Positions 10,183 through 19,906 are shown, numbered from the stretch's first letter. The stretch is 63,064 nt of DNA from Candidatus Hermodarchaeum yapensis (GCA_016840405.1 JAEOSK010000014.1:1-63064), one strand, 5' to 3'. Made by a program: numbers and translations. The notes: generated from the letters alone by a model not told the origin.

Positions 10183-10629
10183 ATGTCTGAACATCTCTAT
10201 ATTCCAATAGATCAATTAGATTCAGGTTTCCAGCAAATTATTCCAGAAGGAGCGACCATCCTATACACTACTCGCGCTAACGTACTCAAACGGGGTATGG
10301 GTGCCCATAAAAAATCGGGCTTCGTTGTCGTAACCGACCAGGGTATCGCATTTCACGCAGCCAAGACAGGGCTCTTTGAAATGTCTATTGTCTCAATGGC
10401 TGCAGGAGCACTTGCTGGTTTTATTCCATGGTCATCTATTGACAAGTTCAACAACTACAAAGACAAAATCCAAGTCAAACACGTTTTACCCGACAATCCA
10501 AAGAAGAAACTCGAATGGTTCTTCAAAGCCGAACGATGTAAAGATCATGGTGAAGAAAAGGGTGACTTTGAAGGGCGTAAGAAAGGATTTGGTCCCTTCG
10601 TCGAAGCTCTTTACAAACAAAACAAGTGA
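10183..10629 (+). CDS. Hypothetical protein, possible PH-like fold
   Basis: GFVVVTDQGIAF and IPWSSIDK pattern; TTTTAAATA box upstream; followed by a terminator. Confidence 0.6.
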   Translation: MSEHLYIPIDQLDSGFQQIIPEGATILYTTRANVLKRGMGAHKKSGFVVVTDQGIAFHAAKTGLFEMSIVSMAAGALAGFIPWSSIDKFNNYKDKIQVKHVLPDNPKKKLEWFFKAERCKDHGEEKGDFEGRKKGFGPFVEALYKQNK

Positions 10630-10645
10630 TAACAACCACGCCGGC

Positions 10646-10690
10646 AGAGGACTAGAAGGACCACTTCTAGCCTCTAACCTTATTTTTTTT
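10646..10690 (+). terminator. Hairpin plus T-tract between convergent genes
   Basis: AGAGG-a-CTAGAAG/CTTCTAG-CCTCT stem followed by T8. Confidence 0.6.
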
Positions 10691-10700
10691 CAAACGCATT

Positions 10701-11162
10701 TTACTCAAGTTTCTTGGGCTTACGCTTAATTGCGATGAGCTTTTTCAAATCCTCAAAATACGATGAATCTGTGACCCTTATCCATAGCCACTTACCATCA
10801 TGTAACTTCTTGGTATTCTGAAATACATCAATGATAGCTGGTAAGAACTGGGATTCTTGGGTAGAAAATTTGTCAATCTCTTTCTTGCCATACACAATTA
10901 GGAAGCTGAAACTATCCTTTTCGGGGAAGAGAGACACAATCGTGCGGCGACTCTTTCGATACCGTACGAGCCAACCATACTTATCACCATAGTATATGGT
11001 TTCTTTTAAGAACTCATAATGGGTTTCCAAGTAATTCTGGATTTGCTTCCATGATGCAATGGCATCAGGATCAGATATGAATGTGATAAAGTCTGTTTCT
11101 TTGGGTTCTCGGGTTCTATCGAACATACGTTGATGGACTTCATCTTTTACCATAAAATTCAC
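10701..11162 (-). CDS. DUF3788 family protein
   Basis: YGW.VRY.KS.RTIVSLFP, HDGKWLWI and IAIKRKP pattern. Confidence 0.75.
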   Translation of the reverse strand: MNFMVKDEVHQRMFDRTREPKETDFITFISDPDAIASWKQIQNYLETHYEFLKETIYYGDKYGWLVRYRKSRRTIVSLFPEKDSFSFLIVYGKKEIDKFSTQESQFLPAIIDVFQNTKKLHDGKWLWIRVTDSSYFEDLKKLIAIKRKPKKLE

Positions 11163-11227
11163 CTCTAAGCCTTATGGATTAAAAGGTGATGTTGTTATTA
11201 ATGCACTATCTGGCTAATGTGTTCAAA

Positions 11228-12565
11228 ATGATTATTGAAGGTTACTCTAAATTTGGTGCAACGGAACGAACTGCCGGAGCAATACGGAATATTCTAGACT
11301 ATGAAGGCATTGAGGCACCACACAATAGAGAACCATTCAGCGAAGCCTTGCTAATGGGAATTGGTGGAGGATTAGGTGCTGAATATGCAACCTGGGCGTT
11401 CAAACCCTTGGACCCTTCGCGTCCACGAAAATCAAAACTCTACCTTCGTTTTCACCACGTGAAAAATTACGTCGAAAAAAACGAAGAAAGTATGCTTCCA
11501 AAAATTGCCAATCGACTCGGAATCAAACTCACAATAAAAGAAACAGCAAGCACAGAGCGTGCTAACGATTTTCTTCTTGAATCACTGCGATCAAGTAAAC
11601 CCATTATCACGAATCTCTCAGTTTGGCATAGTCAATTTTTACGAAAAGAAATCAATGAGCGATATAACCAAGATCCGAACTTCTTTCCACCACTACTTTA
11701 TGACGAATACGTTAATTTCCTACCTTACTTCACCTTACCCTACCCTTGGATACAACACAATATTGCTACAGTGTTTGGATTTGATTCCGAGTCAAACCAA
11801 GTGCACCTTACTGATTCAAGCACTCAACCCCAAACACTGACCCTCCCTCAATTCAATTTGTCACGAGGTATAATCAGAGGTCGCAAAAATGCTAGCATAC
11901 TGTTGGCTCCACCGGCAAAAGTCAAGGATTTAAGCAAGGCCATTCGGGCAGGTATCCACGACTGTGTCACCAGTCTATTACATGAAAAGACCGTTGTATC
12001 TGGTGCCCACCTACGTGTCGATACGTGGGCTGCTATTGCAAAAGCCTTGACAGAGTCAGAAAAGAAGCGTGGCTGGAGTACTTTATTTGCCGAACCATGG
12101 CAACTCTTCGATACGCTCACGCGACTTCACGCCCAAATTGCCTTTTTCAACAGCGATGGAGGTGCCCTTCGATCTTCCTATAGTGATTTCCTCGAAGAAG
12201 CTAGCACCATTCTTGGTAAACCTGCCCTACGCGAGATAGCTAGACAATTCGCCGATATTGGTATCATGTGGGATGATCTCGGTACCGACGCCCTACCTGA
12301 CGACATCTCACAACTCCAAGACGTTCGAATCGCTGCCCTCAAATGGCATACTCTCTATAAGGTCCATGGACAGTCTGATGCACAACGACTTGAAACGGAA
12401 GCTGAGAAAATCAAAGAAATTCGTGCCCAAGTTTCAGAACAATTTCCTCTTAACCCTAAGGAGCGCCTTGCCTTTTTCAATGATCTTGGTCTTCGCTTCC
12501 TTGACATCTATGATGCAGAAAAAGCCGCCCTACTTGAGCTGAGGAAACAATTCACTTGGCTCTAA
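11228..12565 (+). CDS. BtrH N-terminal / DUF4872-like protein
   Basis: PHNREPFSEALLMGIGGGLG and GGALRSSYSDFLEEA; likely ATG 11228 (ORF opens at 11186). Confidence 0.7.
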   Translation: MIIEGYSKFGATERTAGAIRNILDYEGIEAPHNREPFSEALLMGIGGGLGAEYATWAFKPLDPSRPRKSKLYLRFHHVKNYVEKNEESMLPKIANRLGIKLTIKETASTERANDFLLESLRSSKPIITNLSVWHSQFLRKEINERYNQDPNFFPPLLYDEYVNFLPYFTLPYPWIQHNIATVFGFDSESNQVHLTDSSTQPQTLTLPQFNLSRGIIRGRKNASILLAPPAKVKDLSKAIRAGIHDCVTSLLHEKTVVSGAHLRVDTWAAIAKALTESEKKRGWSTLFAEPWQLFDTLTRLHAQIAFFNSDGGALRSSYSDFLEEASTILGKPALREIARQFADIGIMWDDLGTDALPDDISQLQDVRIAALKWHTLYKVHGQSDAQRLETEAEKIKEIRAQVSEQFPLNPKERLAFFNDLGLRFLDIYDAEKAALLELRKQFTWL

Positions 12566-12993
12566 CCAAATTTTTCAAGTTGTTTTGTGTATTCCAAATT
12601 TTCTTCAGCCATCTGCTCAAAGATGTCTGCGGGTTCAATCAAGAATTCTATCTTTTTCGCTGCAACAATATAGAAGGCAGAATTCAGGTTTTCCATAGAT
12701 ACAGCTAGCTCTATCAACTTCTTATCCGGACAGCCCTCTGGACATTCGGTCTTTGGACGAAACTTTTCAGAATTCAGCCCACTAATCGGTTCAAGAATCA
12801 TTTCTGTGGTATTCTCTCTACGGAGGCGCTTTAGAAGCTCCATACGAGTCATGCGCATTTGCATGAATGTTTCAAAGGAACTCTTCAGTTGCTGATTCTT
12901 CGTGATGGCATTCGCTGTTTCATAGAAGGCAGCGGCCATTGCCTCTACTTCGAGGGCAAATTTGATTACGGCTCCAAAGTTTCTCAGTTCCAT
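12562..12993 (-). CDS. Ferritin/rubrerythrin-like four-helix protein
   Basis: FGAVIKFALEVE..AAAFY and AVSME...SAFY helix repeats, RRENTTEMILEPISGL; 21 bp after mmsA. Confidence 0.65.
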   Translation of the reverse strand: MELRNFGAVIKFALEVEAMAAAFYETANAITKNQQLKSSFETFMQMRMTRMELLKRLRRENTTEMILEPISGLNSEKFRPKTECPEGCPDKKLIELAVSMENLNSAFYIVAAKKIEFLIEPADIFEQMAEENLEYTKQLEKFG

Positions 12994-13014
12994 TGCATCA
13001 CCGTTGAAAGCGGA

Positions 13015-14469
13015 TTAGAACCACCGAGTAATAACCACTTTGTTTTCCGTGAAAAAGTCTACTGCATCCTTCCCCTGTCCGTGTAAGTCACCAAAGAAGG
13101 AATCCTTCATCCCGGAAAAAGGAAAAGTGGCAATAGGTGCTACAATACCGATGTTAATTCCGATATTTCCTGCCCTAACCCGATACTGATAGTCACGGGC
13201 AATTTTTCCGCTCGAAGTAAACACTGAAGAGGCATTCCCATACGTGTTGGCATGAATGATGTCGATGGCTTCGTCCAAGTCTTTCACATGAATGATCGAC
13301 ATAACTGGACCAAAGATTTCCTCTTTAGCAATTGTCATCTCGGGGGTGACTTTATCGAAGATGTTTGGACCAATGAAGAGTCCCTTTGGATAATCGGGAA
13401 TCTTAACATTCCGTCCGTCCAAGATGAGTTCAGCGCCTTCTTTGATTCCCGTTTCAATGTATCCCAATACACGTTTCAGTGCGGCTTTCGTCGCAATAGG
13501 ACCCATTTGCACATCTTCGTTCAATCCATTACCAATAACCAATTCTTTAGCAGCATTCACGACAGCCACTTTGAGTGGGTTGTAAACCTCTCCCACAGCA
13601 AGCAATACTGCACCACTCAGGCATCGCTGTCCCGTGTTTCCAAAGAACGAACTCATCAGATTAGGGACCGTCCGTTCGATATTTGCATCCGGCATCACGG
13701 TGATGAAGTTTTTCGCCCCTGCTTGAACTTGTGCTCGTTTGCCATGTTCACCACATTTCTTGTAGAGTAATTTACCAATCGGTGTAGAACCGACAAAGGA
13801 CATCCCGACAGTATCCGGGCTTTTAATGAGAGCATTTACCACTTCGGGTCCACCATTGACCAGATTCATCACACCTTTAGGAAATCCGACCTTATCGATT
13901 AGTTCAAACTGTCGAATCTGGCTCAATGGAACTTGCTCGGATGGCTTCACGATATACGTATTCCCACACGCAATAGCAAATGGCCAAAACCACGTCGGCA
14001 CCATCCCCGGAAAATTAAACGGTGCCACACAAAAGAACACGCCCAAGGGTTGTTTGATCACCATTTCATCGATTCCGGCAGCGATATCTTCAAAATTATA
14101 CCCCATTTGAAGTGTGGGAATGCTGGCAGCCGCTTCAACGTTTTCAACTGCACGGCGATATTCACCTCGCGACTCATCAATGATCTTTCCATGTTCCATG
14201 GTAATGGTTTTCGAGAGCTCTTCAAAATAATCTTCAAGCAAATTCCGGAAACGATATAGATAGCGAATCCGGGTCTGGGCAGGAGTTGACCGCCAACGCT
14301 CATAAGCCGTTTTTGCGGCTTCAATGGCTTCTTGAGCTTCCTCCGCAGTCGACATGGGTGTCCTAGCTAACAATTCGCCAGTTGTCGGACTAATAACATC
14401 CCGGGTTTCTTTCGACTTCGACTCAACCCATCGCCCGTTAATATAATTCTTGACAACTTCACCCTTCAT
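13015..14469 (-). CDS. mmsA: CoA-acylating (methyl)malonate-semialdehyde dehydrogenase
   Basis: PFNFP, KPSE, SFVGSTP, GAKN, GQRC catalytic Cys, EEIFGP, FFGDLHGQG, ending TRWF. Confidence 0.93.
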   Translation of the reverse strand: MKGEVVKNYINGRWVESKSKETRDVISPTTGELLARTPMSTAEEAQEAIEAAKTAYERWRSTPAQTRIRYLYRFRNLLEDYFEELSKTITMEHGKIIDESRGEYRRAVENVEAAASIPTLQMGYNFEDIAAGIDEMVIKQPLGVFFCVAPFNFPGMVPTWFWPFAIACGNTYIVKPSEQVPLSQIRQFELIDKVGFPKGVMNLVNGGPEVVNALIKSPDTVGMSFVGSTPIGKLLYKKCGEHGKRAQVQAGAKNFITVMPDANIERTVPNLMSSFFGNTGQRCLSGAVLLAVGEVYNPLKVAVVNAAKELVIGNGLNEDVQMGPIATKAALKRVLGYIETGIKEGAELILDGRNVKIPDYPKGLFIGPNIFDKVTPEMTIAKEEIFGPVMSIIHVKDLDEAIDIIHANTYGNASSVFTSSGKIARDYQYRVRAGNIGINIGIVAPIATFPFSGMKDSFFGDLHGQGKDAVDFFTENKVVITRWF

Positions 14470-14691
14470 GGACGTTCACAACTCAATAACATCAATTTGA
14501 TGTAGTAAAAAGAGGGGTGAATAACTCCTTAAAGATAGTCGGTTGAGCCATGAGTTCCATTTCTCGTAGACACGGGATGTTGAACTTAGCACGTTTTTGG
14601 AGTTGCCTAGTATCTTAACCTTGATAATTCACAGTTGTTGGGTAACTAGGGCAATTGTGCTGTTTACCCATCGGACACTCACGCAATTCCT

Positions 14692-15729
14692 TCAGGTTTC
14701 TGACAATACGCGCATATCGGCATCCTTGAAGTAACGATGAGCCCGTTTCCCATACTTAGCATCTAGTTTCATGGCAAATTCTTGAAGAGCCTTCAAGGTG
14801 GCAAGACCACCAATTTTGTTATCAAATGAGAGGTTCATCTCCCATCCATGTTTCCGTAAACTCATGGTAGGTGTTGCCCACCCTTCTGCTAATTCGACAA
14901 GTTCACCACGCACTCCGAACTTCTTGAGATTCTTCAACACAATATCTCTAACTGTAGTCCAGGTGCCAAGACCTGTCTCGTTCTTCCGATTTTCAATGTA
15001 TGTCTCGGCTTCTACGACAAGATATCCACCATTCTCCTCCTTGGGCTTCCCATATCTAGCAAAAATCCAGAGAAATCGAATAAGATGTAGAATTCGATTC
15101 TTCAGTCGATGTTGCTGGGGTAAAATATCAGTGTCTTTTAATCCCAACGAGGACTTCTTAATTCCTGCAAGAAGAGAATGAACCGCCTTGAACTCCTTAA
15201 TTTCATTTGATGAATGGGGTAAGTTTTCCGGGAAGTCCACGATTTTTAGTTTCAGAGGTTCTTCTACGATAGGATCGACAATCTGGTTGGGAGATAGTGT
15301 TGCTCGGATTTTTTCAAGGCGTTTCACTCCCTCGAAAGGCTCGACAAATGTTCGATAATCCTCATCGGACATGGGTTCACCCATTCTCTTCTCAAACGTT
15401 TCCCGGGTCCAAGTCCCCGCATGTTGTATTTCAAAATCACAAGGAAATCGGGAACAATAAGCACAGTTCATAATACCCGCCTTCGTCACGCACTGTCGAA
15501 TCCGACACCCACGGCGGAAATTCGCATGCCAATGTTTTGCATCCTTGGGAATTTTGTCCTCTGGTGTCAAACACAAAAGACACGGTTTCTTCGTCGGTGT
15601 AAATCCCAGAATCGTCTTGGCTCGCTTAGCAAACGCCGGAAAATCTTCCGGTGGCAGATCTTTTCTTGTAATCGGTGACCACGGACATCCTCCACAATTC
15701 ATCCCACATTTCGACACAACTTCAACCAT
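14692..15729 (-). CDS. DUF3795 Cys-rich domain protein with C-terminal extension
   Basis: SKCGMNCGGCP, CLLC, CRIRQC, NCAYCSRFPC; likely ATG 15729. Confidence 0.7.
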   Translation of the reverse strand: MVEVVSKCGMNCGGCPWSPITRKDLPPEDFPAFAKRAKTILGFTPTKKPCLLCLTPEDKIPKDAKHWHANFRRGCRIRQCVTKAGIMNCAYCSRFPCDFEIQHAGTWTRETFEKRMGEPMSDEDYRTFVEPFEGVKRLEKIRATLSPNQIVDPIVEEPLKLKIVDFPENLPHSSNEIKEFKAVHSLLAGIKKSSLGLKDTDILPQQHRLKNRILHLIRFLWIFARYGKPKEENGGYLVVEAETYIENRKNETGLGTWTTVRDIVLKNLKKFGVRGELVELAEGWATPTMSLRKHGWEMNLSFDNKIGGLATLKALQEFAMKLDAKYGKRAHRYFKDADMRVLSET

Positions 15730-15847
15730 ACGATCTTCACCCAACCCATCCTTCCAATACAATCTTGGGAACCCGAAGGGGTCCCAAACAAACATCCCAT
15801 ATCCACTCTTCTATATAATTAAGGACCCCTTCACCCTAGTAATTCTG

Positions 15848-16408
15848 TTACAAGGCCCAAGACAGGACAAAAAACGCCCTACCACCACCCTTCGATGTTG
15901 TTCCATCCATTTTCTTCTGGTAAATCCGTAGCGTGAAGCCTGCATGGGGTTCCTCTTGTTCCCCGATTTTCTGATAACCCAGCTTCTCGTAGAAATGGTG
16001 GTTTCGAGTATGCCACTCCGGCGTGTCCAACATCCAGCGCTTTGCAGGAAAGGTTTCATGAATGTATTCCATTACTCGTGAACCAACACCAAGATTCTGA
16101 TACTCTGGATCTAGAAAGATTGTTCCCAGCCTATTTGTTCCCTTTTCTGGATGATCCCGAAACACAATAAACGCCCCGATCAAAGCGTCATCAAGAATGA
16201 TTTTGTAGAATTTATCAAGACGCATCCACTGTCGAAAAAAGCTCCCATTATTGTACCCTTCAGGACCTCCTTCGGGCTTACCTCGGAACCGTTGTGAATC
16301 ATCATCAAAGCTCCGAGTCATCACCGCTGTCAGGGCCGGAATATCGGCCTCGGTCGCTTCCACGTAACGAAGCTGACCCAGATTTACTTTTTTCATTCTC
16401 ACTATCAA
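15848..16408 (-). CDS. GNAT family N-acetyltransferase
   Basis: FLDPEYQNLGVGS (motif A) and NHHFYEKLGY. Confidence 0.9.
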   Translation of the reverse strand: MIVRMKKVNLGQLRYVEATEADIPALTAVMTRSFDDDSQRFRGKPEGGPEGYNNGSFFRQWMRLDKFYKIILDDALIGAFIVFRDHPEKGTNRLGTIFLDPEYQNLGVGSRVMEYIHETFPAKRWMLDTPEWHTRNHHFYEKLGYQKIGEQEEPHAGFTLRIYQKKMDGTTSKGGGRAFFVLSWAL

Positions 16409-16446
16409 CTCCTTCTTTCATCTGACTCTTGCACCAATGGAATCCG

Positions 16447-16935
16447 CTACTTGGTAATCGGATAGTACAGATCCAAGACCAGATCTGAACCGGCATCGGG
16501 ATCATGGGCTTTTTCCAACCCGGGATGGCCTCGATACTTGTAGCCATTCACCTTTGCCCATTCATCTAAACGATGCCAGGATTCCAAGATCCCATGTTCT
16601 TTGAAGAAGTCGGATTCCAATTCCTCCTTCAACACACACGTCGTTACGGCGTATTCGCCGCCTTCAACCTCCTTTACCTCGACCACATCATCCGATACGA
16701 TGTCATCGCCCACCTGGATCCAGAACTCGTAGCCATATTCACGTTTTCCGGGTTCTGGTGGAGGTTCATTAAAACCATAAACTGGATGCTTGACCAAGTC
16801 ACCCAGCAGTCCTTTCGATTCTGCCCAGGCTCGCATTTTTGCCCAAGCTTCCAGCTCGGGTGTAATACTGATTACGCGCAAGCTGGCTACCCGCATCGGT
16901 TCAAGCCGAACAATACGAATCTCTTTACTACTCAC
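16447..16935 (-). CDS. Standalone GyrI-like small-molecule-binding protein
   Basis: LEPMRVAS, YGYEFW, GGEYAV, LE..H, LDLYYPI; likely GTG start 16935. Confidence 0.8.
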   Translation of the reverse strand: MSSKEIRIVRLEPMRVASLRVISITPELEAWAKMRAWAESKGLLGDLVKHPVYGFNEPPPEPGKREYGYEFWIQVGDDIVSDDVVEVKEVEGGEYAVTTCVLKEELESDFFKEHGILESWHRLDEWAKVNGYKYRGHPGLEKAHDPDAGSDLVLDLYYPITK

Positions 16936-16963
16936 ATTTATCACAACCATCTCACACATATTC

Positions 16964-17857
16964 TCAGGAGGCTTTTTTGATCTCCTTGATAGGCTGATAC
17001 AAATCGAGGACAACCTCTGCAACTGGAGACCCGGGATTCCGAGTTTTTTCCAAACACTGGCGACTTTCATCAATCTCGTACTTTTCGCTCAGGATCACCC
17101 ACTCCACCAGTTTCTTCCATGGATCGAGAAATCTGTGTTCCTTTGTATATTCGGATTCTAGCTCATCACCTAGTCTGCATGACGTTATAGCAAAAAGCCC
17201 GCCATCTGCATCCTTAGCTTCAATCTCACCTTCACCTTTGAAGAGTGTGCCCATCCGCATCCAGAACTCATACCCATACTCCTTCTGACCGGGTGATGGA
17301 TTTGGATTGTTGAAGCCAAACACCGGGTGATTGTCTAGGTCTTCTAGTAAACCTTGGGGTTCAGCCCATGCTCGCATCTTTTCCCAGGCATCAATTTCTG
17401 GTGTTGCACTGAATGATTTCACGCTAGCTACGCGCATCGGTTCCAACTCGACTACCTGCACAAACAAATCTTCAACCTCCTTCTCCTTGCGTTCAGCATA
17501 GATCCTCTCAATCCATCTCGCAGTCCGTACTGAATGCAGTTCCTGACGGTGTTGCGTCTCCAGATACGCTGAACTTATTGCTGTTAACATAATTTGTCCA
17601 TCTGGGCTGACCTCGTATCGACCTCGGCTCTTCTGAAGGATTACGCCCTCCCTCACTAACAACCCCAGATGATGAGATAACGCAGTTTTCCCGAGACCTG
17701 TAAGTTCCCGTAGTTCACTGAATAATCGAGGACGATGCAACAATGCCGTGAGGATTTGCAACCGTTTTTCATTTGCGATTGCACTCAGCACATGGGCGAC
17801 ATCTTTGCCCAGTTTTCCGATGACATTCCATGCGGTTTCCGTATCCATTTCGTTCAT
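16964..17857 (-). CDS. ArsR-type wHTH regulator fused to a GyrI-like effector domain
   Basis: ANEKRLQIL...ALSHHLGLL..EG HTH plus a C-terminal GyrI domain; likely ATG 17857. Confidence 0.85.
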   Translation of the reverse strand: MNEMDTETAWNVIGKLGKDVAHVLSAIANEKRLQILTALLHRPRLFSELRELTGLGKTALSHHLGLLVREGVILQKSRGRYEVSPDGQIMLTAISSAYLETQHRQELHSVRTARWIERIYAERKEKEVEDLFVQVVELEPMRVASVKSFSATPEIDAWEKMRAWAEPQGLLEDLDNHPVFGFNNPNPSPGQKEYGYEFWMRMGTLFKGEGEIEAKDADGGLFAITSCRLGDELESEYTKEHRFLDPWKKLVEWVILSEKYEIDESRQCLEKTRNPGSPVAEVVLDLYQPIKEIKKAS

Positions 17858-17911
17858 CAGAGGATCCCAGCAGAGGGGGAAAGTGTGGAATTCCTTTATA
17901 TTCGTTTCGGA

Positions 17912-17936
17912 AAAATTGAACATTAGTTCTAATTTT
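17912..17936. promoter_or_regulatory. Imperfect inverted repeat, candidate operator of the ArsR-GyrI regulator
   Basis: AAAATTGAAC-ATTA-GTTCTAATTTT next to an AATATAAA box (minus strand) upstream of the regulator. Confidence 0.45.
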
Positions 17937-18018
17937 ACTGAACAATAATAATACGAAATCCCAACTAAATTCAACTTCCTCAACTAGTGCTTCCAACTCA
18001 ATATCCTAATCGCAAAGA

Positions 18019-18936
18019 CTAGCGTATGTCAGCTTCGTGAAGTATCTTTGCTAATTGAGCTTCTCGATAACCGGTAAACCAACGAATGGGGTAAGGTGCA
18101 ATAGTATTTTCTATTTCCACACCAGATATCATCCGAATGCGTTTCGCGATGGGTTCTGCATCACGCACATTGTCCAACACAAAATCAATCCACATCAAGT
18201 TCTGAGATGCCGAATGCCATTCAGTCCAAAATTCAGTACTAAACTCTTCTTTGAGAGGTTTCAATATCTCTTCCGGGTTGATAATCTTTGGCTGGTAATT
18301 AATACGGAAAGTTATCAGATTATTCGCTCCGCTAGTGGGATCAATATCAATTGTAAATAACACGCTGCGACCTTCATGAAACTTTTGAAGGATACTGCGT
18401 ACGCGTTTTGCCGTTAATCTTGATTTTGCTGCAATGCGCGAAATCAGCATCCGTGCATCCTTTGCCAATTGCGTCAAAACTCTCAGTTGGGGCTTAGAAA
18501 ACGTTGTGCGTTCTCCCCGGTTCACTGGGATGGGGTGGATTTCAATCTCATTCACTCCCTCAAGAGCTCGAAGATACTCGCTTAGCTTAAAGATATCATT
18601 GCCTTCTCGGTAGCTGGCTCTCACGACAGCGGAGCCATACGAATCGAATTGCACCGATCCGACCAAGGGGTGGGCACCTAGCTGTTCCATGAACTCTTCG
18701 TCATCATATGAACGGCTTGAATACACAAAAATAACCAAAGGATGAGCATCAACCATTTTCCAGCTCAATCGAACGATATAGCGGTGAATGACGCCAGATT
18801 TTTGTAATCGTGCCACTCGGCGTTTGATTGCATTGGCTGATATTCCGTGGTCTCGGGCTAAATCTTCATATGAGGCTCTGCAATTTTTCCGCAGGGCATA
18901 GAGGATGCCTTTGTCAATGGAGTCCACGATAATCAT
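18019..18936 (-). CDS. Tandem Lrp/AsnC-family transcriptional regulator (two wHTH-RAM units)
   Basis: DSIDKGILYAL..NCRASYEDLA..KRRVARL and a second unit LAKDARMLISRIA..RVRSIL. Confidence 0.85.
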   Translation of the reverse strand: MIIVDSIDKGILYALRKNCRASYEDLARDHGISANAIKRRVARLQKSGVIHRYIVRLSWKMVDAHPLVIFVYSSRSYDDEEFMEQLGAHPLVGSVQFDSYGSAVVRASYREGNDIFKLSEYLRALEGVNEIEIHPIPVNRGERTTFSKPQLRVLTQLAKDARMLISRIAAKSRLTAKRVRSILQKFHEGRSVLFTIDIDPTSGANNLITFRINYQPKIINPEEILKPLKEEFSTEFWTEWHSASQNLMWIDFVLDNVRDAEPIAKRIRMISGVEIENTIAPYPIRWFTGYREAQLAKILHEADIR

Positions 18937-19088
18937 CCAGCCTATTAGTATGCTACTATCAGCTCCACTTTATTTTTACTAATTTAGCTTTTTCACAAAT
19001 AATCCAATTTTTCTTCCTAGTTTGTGAGTCTACAAAAGTTAATTTTTTTAATTGAATTGCCTTGTCATTGAGAAATTGGTGAGTTTGT

Positions 19089-19871
19089 GTGTCTTCTGAA
19101 AAAAACTGGAAAATTTTTCTTGGTCCAATTCTTCTACTAGTTGTTTCCTTTCTGATCTATTTGCTTCGCTATCCATTGTGGTGGGCTATCATATTTGTTG
19201 AACAAATATTTGTCATGCTGATTCTCTCTTATGGCGCTGTTTTAATTCTCGCTTTGTTCTTGTTGAAGTATGATTCGAAGTCATCATTAATCCTCTTCAA
19301 GAAAACGAGATATGTTTGGGTCCTTGTCGGCCTGATTTTTGCGCTACTATATTTAGGGCTATGGTATCTGTTCAGTTTCGTTCTTGGTAGCAGATTTGAA
19401 ATCACTGCCTTTCCAAATCTTACAGGTTATGAAGCATACGTTGTTTACTCTCTGCCCCTAGCTTTCATTCTTTATCTTGTATTCACCGTTTTTGGAGCAT
19501 TCGCAGAAGAGGTTGCCTACAGAGGATATGTTCAAACAAGGGTTTCGTCAAGATTCGGCTACATCTTAGGCATCTTTGTTGCTACGTTGTTTTTCTCTTT
19601 ACAACACATCCACATTTTTCAACCAAACTGGATTGTTGAATTCTTTCAAACCCAGTTTGTTCATGTCATGTTTTTCGGCATCTTTATCGGTTATCTTTTC
19701 TTCAAGAGCAGGGAGAACATTTGGAGCGTCTTTGCTTTTCATGCTGTGATAAACATCTTCAGTGTTACTATCCCAATAGTGGTGACTGCAGCTTTTCCAT
19801 TTGTAAATCAGCTCGTTACGGCTGCAAGTTTTATTCTGATAATTGCAATTCTAAGAGTAATTAAAATTTAA
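19089..19871 (+). CDS. CPBP (Abi/Rce1-like) intramembrane glutamic protease
   Basis: EEVAYRG, FSLQH and HAVIN motifs; multiple TM helices. Confidence 0.9.
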   Translation: MSSEKNWKIFLGPILLLVVSFLIYLLRYPLWWAIIFVEQIFVMLILSYGAVLILALFLLKYDSKSSLILFKKTRYVWVLVGLIFALLYLGLWYLFSFVLGSRFEITAFPNLTGYEAYVVYSLPLAFILYLVFTVFGAFAEEVAYRGYVQTRVSSRFGYILGIFVATLFFSLQHIHIFQPNWIVEFFQTQFVHVMFFGIFIGYLFFKSRENIWSVFAFHAVINIFSVTIPIVVTAAFPFVNQLVTAASFILIIAILRVIKI

Positions 19872-19906
19872 AACAAAGGTTACGTTAAAACTGCTCTCAG
19901 TCATAA

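Noticed and set aside
17918-17929. GAAC-N4-GTTC read as a LexA (Cheo) SOS box
   Set aside because: Context looks archaeal, no lexA is in the window, and the adjacent regulator explains the repeat more simply
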